Shown: positions 8,435-19,100 of the stretch, piece after piece
How positions within the stretch are numbered: position 1 is the stretch's first letter
Layout: every line of letters starts with the position of its first letter
Assembly (NCBI GenBank): GCA_934277945.1
Contig: CAKQWA010000005.1
Coordinates: 7,022 to 71,021, forward strand
Source: an uncultured Alphaproteobacteria bacterium
Lineage (GTDB): Bacteria > Pseudomonadota > Alphaproteobacteria > CAAGCB01 > CAG-977
Direction of reading: 5' to 3'
DNA length: 64,000 nt
Position numbers and translations under genes: made by a program
Notes under the pieces: model-generated
Told to the model about the DNA's origin: nothing
The model's input: only the letters and a program-made list of their open reading frames with translations
Database searches by the model: none

Positions 8435-8628
8435 TCTACCACCTCTTGCTTTTTGCTGACGTTGGTAAGATGTTTGACGGCTTTCTTTTCGGAAAAGCAC
8501 ACCCGTTCGGCGTATTCGGATTTTTTGCCGATGTTAAAGGCGGAAACGGGACGAAAATACCCCATCACGCGCGTCCAAACTTCGCAGGGTTGCCGTTCGA
8601 CGTCGGTTAGTTCAATTTCTTGTTCCAT
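8431..8628 (-). CDS. small protein resembling the NrdD C-terminal glycyl-radical segment
   Basis: 65 aa with RBS GGAGA. WTRVMGYFRPVSAFNIGKKSEYAERV resembles the R-x-x-G-Y...N-x-G-K...E...R-V end of class III RNR. This is from recalled consensus and was not searched. Confidence 0.4.
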   Translation of the reverse strand: MEQEIELTDVERQPCEVWTRVMGYFRPVSAFNIGKKSEYAERVCFSEKKAVKHLTNVSKKQEVVE

Positions 8629-8711
8629 TGCGTTTTCTCCAACGTGTAAGAATTACTTACAGGTTCGCGAAAAGCGGCGGGCGTTGAAACCCGCCGTTTT
8701 TCTTTCAATCG

Positions 8712-9035
8712 TCAAGTATCGCTTGACTGTTCATCTTTGCTCTTGTCCGCGCTCTTGAACTTGTCCAGCACGCCGGCGGCTTTGGGGTTGCGGCGTCGGA
8801 ACAAGGCGACGTAAGGCTTCCAGTCGATTGCCGTTCCCTCAACGATGTCGTACAGCCGCTTGACGAACGCGTCGTCCTTTTCGGTTTTTGTCAGTTTGAC
8901 CGCCCAGAACGCTGCGGGCTTGATGATCGTCAACACGGCGATAATCGTTCCCAGCATCGACAGTGCGACGGCGACCCAAGCGATGTCGGTGTGCGCCAAA
9001 GCGAACAGCAGAATTGAATTGATGATATTTTCCAT
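8712..9035 (-). CDS. holin-like membrane protein
   Basis: 107 aa with two hydrophobic segments (ILLFALAHTDIAWVAVALSMLGTIIAVLTII) and a charged C-terminus. Directly downstream of the endolysin gene, with RBS AAGGAG. Confidence 0.5.
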   Translation of the reverse strand: MENIINSILLFALAHTDIAWVAVALSMLGTIIAVLTIIKPAAFWAVKLTKTEKDDAFVKRLYDIVEGTAIDWKPYVALFRRRNPKAAGVLDKFKSADKSKDEQSSDT

Positions 9036-9038
9036 ATG

Positions 9039-9461
9039 CTACTCCTTTTGCATAAACAGTTTCATTTCTTCGATGCGGCGGCGGAGCAACCCCGCCGAGC
9101 CGCGCCCGTTCACAAAGCACCACCGGGGGAATTGACCGGCGGCGGCGACGTAATCGCCTTGAAAAAGCAATCGCCGCATTTGCGAATTTTCAAATTGCCC
9201 GCGCCCGATGTTGAAGACGAGCGAGCACAGCGCGTCATGCTGATTTTCCGTCAGAAGCAACCCTTTCAGGCTTTTTTCCGCTTCTTTCAAATCTGAAATC
9301 AGGAAGTTTTCCGCGGCTTCGGGCGTGATGACTCCCGTTTTTTTGCCCGCCGACAAAACGTGACCGTAGCCGACCGTGCATTTGCCTGCCGGACATACAT
9401 ACGGCACGCAGGACAACCCCTCAAAATTTTTGACGAATTCAAGCAATCCTTTGGAAATCAT
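9039..9461 (-). CDS. endolysin, GH24 lysozyme family
   Basis: FEGLSCVPYVCPAGKCTVGYGH...ALCSLVFNIG, the T4/lambda-type lysozyme signature. 140 aa. Confidence 0.85.
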   Translation of the reverse strand: MISKGLLEFVKNFEGLSCVPYVCPAGKCTVGYGHVLSAGKKTGVITPEAAENFLISDLKEAEKSLKGLLLTENQHDALCSLVFNIGRGQFENSQMRRLLFQGDYVAAAGQFPRWCFVNGRGSAGLLRRRIEEMKLFMQKE

Positions 9462-9463
9462 GC

Positions 9464-9685
9464 TTACCTCCGCCGCGGACGACCGAACTCGTCCAGTCTG
9501 TGAGTATTAGATTTGCTCCGTTGCTCAATTTCCGCGACGCGTTCCTGCAAGTGATTGTACTTTTCTTGACGTTCGCGCAGGTCATCAACCTTTGTTTCAA
9601 GCACCGACAAACGCTTGTCCAAACGCATCACGAAAAACACAAACCCGCCGAACCACGCCAGCGATTGCACGACAATGTCAGTCAT
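9464..9685 (-). CDS. membrane-anchored coiled-coil protein (possible holin or lysis regulator)
   Basis: Start taken at MTDIVVQSLAWFGGFVFFVM, overlapping the upstream stop as ATGA. One TM segment followed by a heptad-rich charged region. Confidence 0.4.
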   Translation of the reverse strand: MTDIVVQSLAWFGGFVFFVMRLDKRLSVLETKVDDLRERQEKYNHLQERVAEIEQRSKSNTHRLDEFGRPRRR

Positions 9686-10178
9686 CGCCGTCCCCCGCTG
9701 TTTCTTCGGGTGCTTCCTCCGGCGCGTCGGCGTCAGATTCCACGCTTTCCGCCGCAGATTCCGCGCTTTCTTCCGCAATGATATACGGCAGAGCCTCTCG
9801 GATTTCGTCCTTTTTTGCAAGCCAAGCGGCTTTGGCGGCGGCGGTGCGCTCGTCTTCGACGCCGTACCGTGCAAAAGCCTCGTCATAGTCCATTTTTAAG
9901 GTATCCGCTTCGGCGACGAAACGGGCTTCCCGCGCCGCGCGGACGGCTTCGTTTTTTTCAGCATCAGTTAACGCGACGGCGTATTGCTCGACGCGATCCA
10001 CGGCGTCGCGGTATTTCACGCGCGGCTTGTCGGCGGACGCTTCCTCGACCACGACAAGCGGCTTATAGCCGTCGGCGCTCATCAAAGCGGCGGACAGGTT
10101 GTAGTTAGACACCGCCCCCTTGTTTGTCGGCGCGACGTCAACGCGTTCGTCCGAAATGAATTTTACCCAAGTTTCCAT
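9678..10178 (-). CDS. hypothetical protein with acidic tail, possible fibre chaperone
   Basis: 166 aa, downstream of the fibre and glycine-rich genes. C-terminus is ESAESAAESVESDADAPEE. No catalytic motif recognised. Confidence 0.35.
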   Translation of the reverse strand: METWVKFISDERVDVAPTNKGAVSNYNLSAALMSADGYKPLVVVEEASADKPRVKYRDAVDRVEQYAVALTDAEKNEAVRAAREARFVAEADTLKMDYDEAFARYGVEDERTAAAKAAWLAKKDEIREALPYIIAEESAESAAESVESDADAPEEAPEETAGDGDD

Positions 10179-10191
10179 GATTTCCCCCTTG

Positions 10192-10830
10192 TTATACCTG
10201 TTTAATGAAAAACGATCCCGCGGCGGGAGCGATGACGGACGTGCCGCCCCGTGCAGTCAGAGTGACTTTGCCTGACCCACCGTGAACGTTGACATTGACG
10301 TCGATGAGTGTGCCGTCGGAAAAGACGTTCGGCTGTCCGTATTTCGTAACGCCGTCACAGTAGGATTGAACCGTGCCGGTCGTGCCGTTGATAAGGCTTC
10401 CGGCTGGGCAGTCCGAGCGGGTTGTCGACGCCGTTCCGCCTGCGCCTCCCGTCCCGCCGCCTTTCGCCCCGTAGCCGCCTTTGCCCCCCGTGAGCAATAT
10501 GTATGTCCCGTCCGCAAACGTGATTTTTGTGTCGCCGCCCGCCGCACCGGTCGGGTAGCCGCCGAAAAGATGCGTGCCGCCCGCGCCGACAACAACCGTC
10601 AGCGTGCCGCGCGGCATTACCAACTCGCCGCGAAAACCCGCCCCGCTGCCGCCCATGCCGATGCCGCTGTGTGAGTTCGTCGTCGATGGATGATGTCCGC
10701 ACCCGCCGCCGCCCGCCGATGCGGTGATATGCACGCGCATACGTTGCGGGATGTATACCGTATACGTTCCCGCGCTGATCGTTTGAAACGATGTCAGACG
10801 CAGGTTTGCAAGGAATTTTCTTGTTTGCAT
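10192..10830 (-). CDS. glycine-rich tail-associated protein
   Basis: Repeated GGxGG/GGTGGAGG tracts (SAGGGGCG, GGKGGYGAKGGGTGGAGG), typical of glycine-rich domains next to phage fibres. Confidence 0.55.
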   Translation of the reverse strand: MQTRKFLANLRLTSFQTISAGTYTVYIPQRMRVHITASAGGGGCGHHPSTTNSHSGIGMGGSGAGFRGELVMPRGTLTVVVGAGGTHLFGGYPTGAAGGDTKITFADGTYILLTGGKGGYGAKGGGTGGAGGTASTTRSDCPAGSLINGTTGTVQSYCDGVTKYGQPNVFSDGTLIDVNVNVHGGSGKVTLTARGGTSVIAPAAGSFFIKQV

Positions 10831-10834
10831 GGAA

Positions 10835-13087
10835 TTATCCCCCCAAATAAATGACGCCGACCCACCACCACGCGTTTCCCTGCTGCGTGTAGATCACCTC
10901 ATAACTGCCAGCCTTGGACACGTCCGGCGCGACGCCGTTGACGTAATGCGTCGTGCCCCAGTTAATAGTCTGCGCCGTTTCCATCGACAGCATTAGGCGG
11001 ATTTGATGGCACGTGTCGTTTGTCGTTACAGCCGGCAAGACATAAGTGACAGCACCCGTCACCATGTGCCTGTACACTTTGTCGGCAAGCAAATTCACCG
11101 TGCCGGAAGTCGCCGAATTCGTCAGGAAATTCGCTGACAAATCCTGCTTTTTGGCGATGTCGGCTTTCATGGACGTCGCTTCGGTCATCCACTCCGACCA
11201 ATCAAGTGCGGAACGCATTACCGATCCCGTGGACAGCACGACTAATTCATTCGAGCCGTCGGCGGCTGTCGGAACTTTGAATTGCGTATCCGACACACCG
11301 AATTTTTCACAAACGCCCGCCGCTTCGATTTCCGCCGCGTATTCGGCAAAAGTGCACGTTTGCAGGCGCGGGATCGTTACTTCGGCGACGCACGGATAAC
11401 TGACAACGCCGTTTGTCGTGATCGTCAAAGAAGCCAGATCAATCGTCACGCCGTTTGTCGTCGGTACGGTGCCGCCGATGACTGACGTGCCGCTGCGCGT
11501 ATAGATGCGTTTGACGTCACGGCTGATAGAATTAGGGTCGGTCACGACGGTTTCTTGTCCGCTTTTTTTGACGTGAAATTCGACGTCGGTATTATTCGCC
11601 GCCAGTTTGACCGCGATTTCATACGTTCCGTCGTACAGCGTCGGGCTGGGGAGAAATTCCGACAGCGCGACCGTTGCGGAAGCGTTTGCAAAAGAGGGTG
11701 TTTTGGACGGCGCGAAAGTCGCCAGATACGGATTGCCGTCGTCGTCTTTGACAAGCGCTAGGTACGGACCGCGCGACGACCAGTTTGAACGGCACGTGCC
11801 TGCAAAAAGAATGTACGGCATCGTACTGTCCGCCACGCCGCTGATCGTCACTTTGACGCCGACCGTCGCCGTCGTCAAACTGACGGCGGTTTTAAATTCT
11901 ATGACATCCGCTGTATTCCCCGCCGCGATTTCGCATATGCCCGTCATCGTATCAAGCGCCGACGGATAGTTGTTTAGGCATTCCGTCGTAAAGTGCGTCT
12001 GCCCCGACAAAACTTTCAGATAATTATCGTAAAAGTCCTTAAACACACCGTTTGCCGCATACACAGACCCGTCTTTTTTCACACATCCGGCGGGCAGATA
12101 ATAATTCGCTTCGACTGGGATGCGCACGGTTTCGCCGGGGCGGGCAAACGTTGATACGCTTTTGCTCCATTCTTTCGCCGACCGCACGCCGCCCAGCGCG
12201 GCGACTTCGGCATCCGTTCCCTCTGCATACACGCGCGCGGACTCCGCCCGCGCCGCCGCCAAAGCCGCTTGGTTCGGAGCATCTTTGATCGCGCCCATTT
12301 CCAGAGCCGCCAAAGTAACGTCGGCGACATTGTCGGCAACCGTCTGCACCGCCGTCAGTTTGGCATACACCGCCAAAAGTTCGCTCAACTTTGCGTGCAA
12401 AGTTACAAGGTCGGTTAATTTTTCGTGCAGCGCTAACAATTCTTCATCCATCCCTGCCACATCATTAATCGCCGTAATGTTCGCGGCATTCGTCTTCAAC
12501 GCCAGAATGTTGGTGTTCAATGTGTTCAGCACGCCCGTAATTGCTGCCAATGCGTCAATAGCTGTTTTGTCATTTGAAACGGCGTCGATATTGGCAATAT
12601 CGGCGGCAACCGTTTGCAATTCGCCGATGTGCAAATAAAGCACATTGATTTTTTCGATAACTACATTCGGGTCTGTCGTCGATTCGACGCCTTCTTTAAC
12701 ACAGCGGTCAACGATTTCGCGCAACTGAATTAACTCCAATGTCAAACGGTTCATGGCTTTTTCAATCAACTGGGCGGGCATTCGCGAAAAATCCGACAAA
12801 CTCGTTTCCTGCTCAAACGCCAAATCGTACACGATGACAATGCGCCGGTTTGCCGGCAAAGGTTGTGCCAGCGTCAAAGTTCCCGCCGGCTCGCCCTCAT
12901 TTGTCAGCGTGTAATCGGTCTCATACGTCAAAACCGTCGGATTTCCGCCGTCCAAATCCGATGTGGACACGCGCAATCCTGCCGTGCCGTCGCTGTTGTT
13001 GTAAAAAAGAAACGGGATTACAAATTCCTTTGTCGCCCCGTCGCCGTAGTATGCCGCTCTTCCTTGCGTGGTAGCCGGTACAGTCAT
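10835..13087 (-). CDS. tail fibre protein
   Basis: 750 aa. N-terminus YYGDGATKEFVIPFLF...IVIVYDLAFEQETS has the same adaptor type as 6810-7670. A long Ala/Leu coiled-coil region follows. Occupies the T7 gp17 position. Confidence 0.75.
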   Translation of the reverse strand: MTVPATTQGRAAYYGDGATKEFVIPFLFYNNSDGTAGLRVSTSDLDGGNPTVLTYETDYTLTNEGEPAGTLTLAQPLPANRRIVIVYDLAFEQETSLSDFSRMPAQLIEKAMNRLTLELIQLREIVDRCVKEGVESTTDPNVVIEKINVLYLHIGELQTVAADIANIDAVSNDKTAIDALAAITGVLNTLNTNILALKTNAANITAINDVAGMDEELLALHEKLTDLVTLHAKLSELLAVYAKLTAVQTVADNVADVTLAALEMGAIKDAPNQAALAAARAESARVYAEGTDAEVAALGGVRSAKEWSKSVSTFARPGETVRIPVEANYYLPAGCVKKDGSVYAANGVFKDFYDNYLKVLSGQTHFTTECLNNYPSALDTMTGICEIAAGNTADVIEFKTAVSLTTATVGVKVTISGVADSTMPYILFAGTCRSNWSSRGPYLALVKDDDGNPYLATFAPSKTPSFANASATVALSEFLPSPTLYDGTYEIAVKLAANNTDVEFHVKKSGQETVVTDPNSISRDVKRIYTRSGTSVIGGTVPTTNGVTIDLASLTITTNGVVSYPCVAEVTIPRLQTCTFAEYAAEIEAAGVCEKFGVSDTQFKVPTAADGSNELVVLSTGSVMRSALDWSEWMTEATSMKADIAKKQDLSANFLTNSATSGTVNLLADKVYRHMVTGAVTYVLPAVTTNDTCHQIRLMLSMETAQTINWGTTHYVNGVAPDVSKAGSYEVIYTQQGNAWWWVGVIYLGG

Positions 13088-13100
13088 GTTTCATTTCTCC

Positions 13101-16100
13101 TTACTGTTTAAATTCACGCCCTTTGTAAAGTCCGTAAAGAACTTCCAGCCAACTTTGACTTCCAATGTTGCCCATTCCTTTATCGACCAGATAGCCGATG
13201 CTGTCGCCGAATTGCCCTCCGACCGGCAAATGCGGAACGACGGACGAAAACGCTTTTAAGACGGCTTTCGTTCTTTTGCCCGCGTCTTTGTCGGAATCCA
13301 GCGCACCCGCAATGCCGTTTTTGACGTTATCCAACAGGCGCATAGTCGGCGACGCTCCTTTTGACGAATACCCGCTGAATAAATCACGAGCGACTGGGAC
13401 GGTTGACAACTGATAGCCCCAAATTCGCATTAAAAGCCAATGTAGCCAACTTTCGTCCTCATCGGGTAAATCGCAGCCGATTATGCTGTTCAAAACCGTT
13501 GAAATCGCGTACATCGTCAAAAAACGCGCCAAGACGTTCATAAGCAACGCTTTGTCCCGTGTTCTGACGGCGTCCGCCGCGTCGTGTGCGAAAGCGAAGG
13601 ACATTTGGTAAAGCCCTGAAAAAAACGAATAAAACGTCGTCAAAGCCTTGTATGCTTCTCCTTTGCGTTGAATGGGCGCGGCGTCCTTGTAATTCCCCGC
13701 GCCCTGTGAAGTCGTCATCACTTTGTCTGCGAAATAAACTGCGTCGTCGCCGGACATTTTCATATCCAACGCCTGATGATAAGCACCGATCCACAGCGCC
13801 GTCGCCGTCCAATAATCCAGCATTCCCATTGCCTTGTATCCGACGGCTTCGGCTTCCGCCAGCATACCGTTTTCGCCGCGCAATTCTTTCAGACGCATTC
13901 CGGTCGAAAAATCAATAGAGCCTTGACGCGCACGAAGTTCCGCGCTCATTGCGAAAGCGCGTTCGCGTTCCGTCTTGTCCAAAACTTTTTTCGCACCGAC
14001 TGCCGCCCAATAAGCGCCGGTTTTCGTCCCGTGCATTTTGATGTGTTCTTCCTGCATTTTGGCGACGCCGTTCAAAAAACCGACAGGCTGCGTCAAAATC
14101 GTAGAAATGCGGTAGCATAACCCGATCATCGTCGTTTGCTGACGGGTGAAGCGGAAAAGGCGTTCCCAGCCGTCAATGTCTTTCGCTTCCCGATACGCCT
14201 TGTTGCCCAATCCGCGCAACAATTCCAAAATCACGGCATGGTATTCTTCGCCCATATTGTCGGTGAAGGCTTCAATCATTCGCGGGTCGTTGAACGTCGC
14301 CCACAAATCGCGCAAGGTGCGGCGGTAGGCAACATCGTGGATTGTGGTCGCCAGATGATTGGCGATAACCGTAAAGTCGAATTTCAATCCCCCTTTTTTA
14401 TTGACGCTTTCCATGCGGGATTTCGTATAGCCTTTGTTGGTGAACGGTCGTGCCGCTCCCGCTTCCAGCAGCGCGTTGGTGACGCTTTCCTGTTTTTTGC
14501 TTTTGCTGACGGAATCGCTTGCATACGCCAGCGGGTAATAACCGCCCTTGTATTCCTTTCCGTGTGCCGTGAACGGTGCTGCGACGACTTTCTCAACGTC
14601 CAGTCCGCTCATGTTTTTGTGATGTTCAGCCAGCATCGGAAACATACCGTCCAACAAATCCCAAACGCTTTGAATGAAATCCCATTCTTCCGTCGTCAGC
14701 GTGTCCTTGACGTAGTCCAGCATTTCGTTTGTAAAATTGTTGCACGTTTGGCTTTTCAAACGGTCAAGATTTTCAACCGCGCCCATGTTCAGCCCGATGC
14801 AAATCAGTTCTTCGCGCGTAAAATCGTTCAGTCTGTTGAACACCGCGCCCGACCCGGCGACTTCTTTTCTGAACGCCTTGCGGCTTTCTTTCGGCAGTTT
14901 GTTTTTCACCAAATCGCCGAATTTCAGAATATAGCGTTCGCGCAGTTCGTTTTCGACGTGTTCCGCTTGGCTCAGCGGTCGGTTCAGATAGGTGTGAAAA
15001 GCGCCGTTAGTGTTGCCGTTGTCCAGACGGTCGCACAAACCGTTCATCGTCGTCAGGCTTCCGTCAAGGCTTCGCAACAGGCGTCCGGCTTCGTAGGACA
15101 GTTTTTTGTTTTGCGGATGCGGATTCTTTTTGATAAGACGCTGTTTTCCGACTTCCGCAACCATCTCGCCGATAGCGGCGTCGCGCTCAATCCGTTTGCC
15201 TTCGATTTCAAGGGCTTTGACTTCTCGCCCGTTGTGAACGATCGACTTCACCGTGTCCGCCAGTGTGAAAAAATCGCTGACCGACAAAGCGGAATATTTC
15301 GCGCCGTAGATGTTCAACAACAGACTTTCGGGCAGCGGAATTTCTTCCCCTCTCGCATTTGCGTCGCGTATCCAGTCGGCAAGTCCGATGTTGTGTTCGT
15401 CTTCGATAATCGCCGTCTCTCTTGCTTTGCCTGCAAGAAAGCGGATAACGCGCTCCTGTTCGGCTTTGCCGGAAGCCCGTGCCAAGCCGTAGCGGATCAG
15501 CAAAGCGCGCGCGGCGTCCTGATGGCTTTGTTCGACATCGTTGTTCGTCAGCTGATTGCCGATTTGCCGCAGACGCTTTTCCGTGCTTTCGTACCGCTTT
15601 TGCACGTCGCGGGCTTCTTTGTACAGGTAGAAGTTTTTGATTTGCTCGATTTTTGCTTTGACCGCTTCGTCGTTTTTGCCCATGGCGACGCGTCGCAGCA
15701 CCGCTTCGCCGGCGCGTTGCGCGTCCTTGAAAAAACTTTCTGGGTTCAGTCTGCCGACAATCATCTTGCCGATTTGTTCCGTCGCGTCGAAACGCAACAC
15801 TTCCGACAGGCTTGTTTCGTTGAATTTCGCCGCCAGTTTTCCGCGCAACTCCTCGATAGGCTTGCCTTCCGAATACTCTTTCATCAGCATCATCATATCG
15901 GCTTTCGTATCGCGCCCGCCGGTCGCTTTGTTCTGCAAAACGGACAGTTCCAACAGCAAAAATCCCAAAGTTTTGTCCGTCACCATCGCGTCGCGGGCTT
16001 CGTTTTCCAATTCGGCGACGCTTTTTTGCTTTCCGGCGGTGCGGTCAACTTCCGCCGACACCGTTTCTTCAAAGCGTTTGACAAATTCGGGGATATGCGC

Positions 16101-19100
16101 CACCGCGCTTTTTGCCGTTTGTTCGTCAATGCCGACGGCTTGGGCAAACTCGGACAGGGACAAACCGTCCGCCGTGAACAAAGGCGTTCCGTTTTTACGG
16201 CGGGGAGCGTTTGCTCCGTCTCCGAATATCTCTGCGCGTGCGTCGTTGTTCAGGGCGATTTGAATGTCGGCATCTCCGATTTTTCCGTACACCAATGCGG
16301 AAACGGCTAAAAAGCGTTTGTCGCTCTGCATTTGAATTAACAGTCTGCGTCGGACTTCACGTTCGCGCCGCGCCCGTTCCTTTTCGTTTTCTTCGTACAG
16401 CACGGCGGCTTTCGCTTTGGCGTAATCGTCGGAACTGTCCGCAAAAACGTCGCGGAACATATCCATCAGCGCGTTTTTGTCGCCTTCGCCGATTTCCGCG
16501 TAATCATCCAACGCGGACGTAAAGACGGATTCACGGGCGAATTGTTCAATCTCCGCATCGGTCGCAAACAGTCGGCTGAATACCGTCCGCACTTCGTCCG
16601 AAATATCGACGTTCAGTTCATCGGCGTTTTTATAAACGGATTTCAACCACCGCTTGAACGCTTGGAAAATGCGCCCCAAACGCGCAACGGGCGGTTTTTG
16701 CGCCGTCATGAAATACTTTTCCATCGCACGCGCGAAACATTCTTGCTTGGCGACTTCTTCGGCGTGCGCCGCCGTCGTCAATCCGTCTGCTTCAACCGTG
16801 CCGTTTTTCAAAACAAGGGCAATCGTGCCGTCGTTTTGATTGCGAATGTCGTACTGCTTGTGCGCCTGCGACGACAGCCACGCTTCAACCGTCGCCGCAT
16901 CGGACTTTAACGCCGCCGACGCGCTGTCCAATCCGGCGAAGTATCGCAGCATGGTCAGCCAATAATGACCGCTTTCGTGGATCAAAGTTGAAAAATCCGC
17001 TCCCGAAAACAGCGTAATGGCGTTTCGGGCGGGGTCGTACATACCGCGCGGAGCATATTGTTCGCCGACGGTTTGGAAATAATCTGCGGACGGATTGAAT
17101 TTTGCGATTTCTTTTGCTATAATCAGTTTTGAACTCGTTGGCGTGCCGTTAATAGCGGTCTTGAACACGTCGGCGAGTTTTTCGCTTAATCCGACTTCAT
17201 GCAGATAAAATCCCGTTCTGTTCTTGCTTTTTTGCAAAACGGCTTCGCAGACATATTTTTCCCCGTTGATTGTAACGGGGGCGGCGATAACTGTTCTGTC
17301 AAAACCGCTTTGCTCGAAATTCCGTTCTTCAAGAGCGACGACACCGTTTTTGATGACTTCGGGGACGGCGGCGAACGCGGCGGCTTTCAAACGTCCCATT
17401 CCATGCGCAACGCTGTCTTTGACGGCACGCTTGTCCATCAACACTTTGCCGATGCCGTCGCGATTTACGAAACCGCCATACTCTTTGGCAAAAAATTCAG
17501 TGACCTTGTCAGTTAAAGGAACGTCGTCCTTTTGGAATTCCGCTCCGGTCAATTCTTTTACGGGTTTTTCCGTAAAGACGAAATCAACGGCGTTTTTCAA
17601 ATTTTCGGGCAGGGCGGCGTAAATTTTGCTGTCATCTATTTCCTTGATGCCTGTTTGATAGAACTTTTGAATGACTTTCACGTCTTTGTCGTTGAAAATG
17701 ACAAAGCATCGTCCATCAGCCAATCCCTCGTAAGTAATTCCTTTAACGCCATATTTTGCCAACAGTTCGGACGCCGCTTTTTGCGTTCCGTCAAGGCTTG
17801 ACATAATATCGCTGTATAAAGCCGCTCCCGTCGGATTTCCGTTAACATAAGCGATTTTCATTTCTTCGGTTAAATCTTTGCCCATATCTCTGAACAATTT
17901 CCGCAACGCCTTTTTGACAAAAGCCGACTGCTTGCTGAACGGTTTTTGCTCGTCGAGTAAATACGGGTTTTCGGGAATATCGACCTCGTGGACTTGTCCA
18001 GCGGTATCGCGGGCATCTGTAATTCTTCCGCTTTTTATGATTTCAGCTGCTTCGACAAGTCGCGCCACAACGCGTTCAAAGTCGGCAACATCGTTTTTGT
18101 CTCCGTTCTTCTTTGCTTCAATCAGCCGTTTTACGTTTGTCTTTCGTAAAGAACCCAGATATTCGGCGGCTTCCTTGTCCGTTCTGAACCATTTGCTGTA
18201 AATAGCGATTCCTTCCGCGCTGTCGTTGTCAATCAGCTCGCCGTCAATATAAATCGACGACGCTTTTCTCTGAACGATTTTATCGTCGAAAGCGATTTGT
18301 CCCGTTACAAACGAACGCCTGTATTGTTCAGCCACGTCTTTGTTCAACGCGTAGTACAGTCCCCAGCCATGCGCTTGATTGCCTTCGCCGCTTCCGATGG
18401 CTTCAATGCTGGGTTGGTCGTAATCGACGCGCGAACCGGCGTAGGCGGACTGATAATAAATATTCTGCGTTTCTTTGCTAAAAGAACCGATATTTTCAAC
18501 GGATTTTATCTGTTCAGGCTCAAAGACAACATACGTTCCGCGTGTTCCAAAAATGCCGTCGCTTCCTTCTTTTAAGTCTAAGTCACTCCAAGACGGATTG
18601 CTTATTTTTAAATAAACGGGCATTATTTTTTTGCCGTAATTCTGCGCTGTATAGTAATCTTTTGTGAAATAAAAGCCTTTTCCATAGTAAAGTTTCTTAT
18701 GGTTCTTGCTTATTTTTTCTTCATCAAACGCGTCGAATGTTTTTTTTGTTCCGTGATAAACAATAAGCGGTCTTCCTTGCTCATCGACAACCTTACTGTC
18801 GCCGAACCATTCATAAAACGCCCGCAAGCCTTCTTCTGTTTTGGCGATACGTTGACCATCGCTGTTATGCGTTTTTCGCAATTCGCCGTTGATTTCTATC
18901 TCATCATCGGTAAATGTATTGACAAAATCAATCAGATCACCGATATTTATATCAGAACCGCCGGAAGTTTTGGATTCGTCCATTACGAAATTGCCTAAGG
19001 CATTTACGGCGGTCTTTTTTTTGCCTACGCTCAGAGCATAAGCCGCTAAATCTTTTCCCCCATTTTTCTCAATTTCAATATCTGTAAGCTCTTTTCGTCC

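Noticed and set aside
10835-13087. Diversity-generating retroelement targeting the fibre genes
   Set aside because: No reverse transcriptase ORF and no template/variable repeat pair was found anywhere in the prophage.
14136-16310. 724-aa ORF on the plus strand inside the giant virion gene
   Set aside because: It is antisense to a coherent 3384-aa coding frame. The composition is aberrant (Phe/Arg/Gln/Val-rich) with no RBS or motifs. It is a shadow ORF caused by the sense strand's codon bias.
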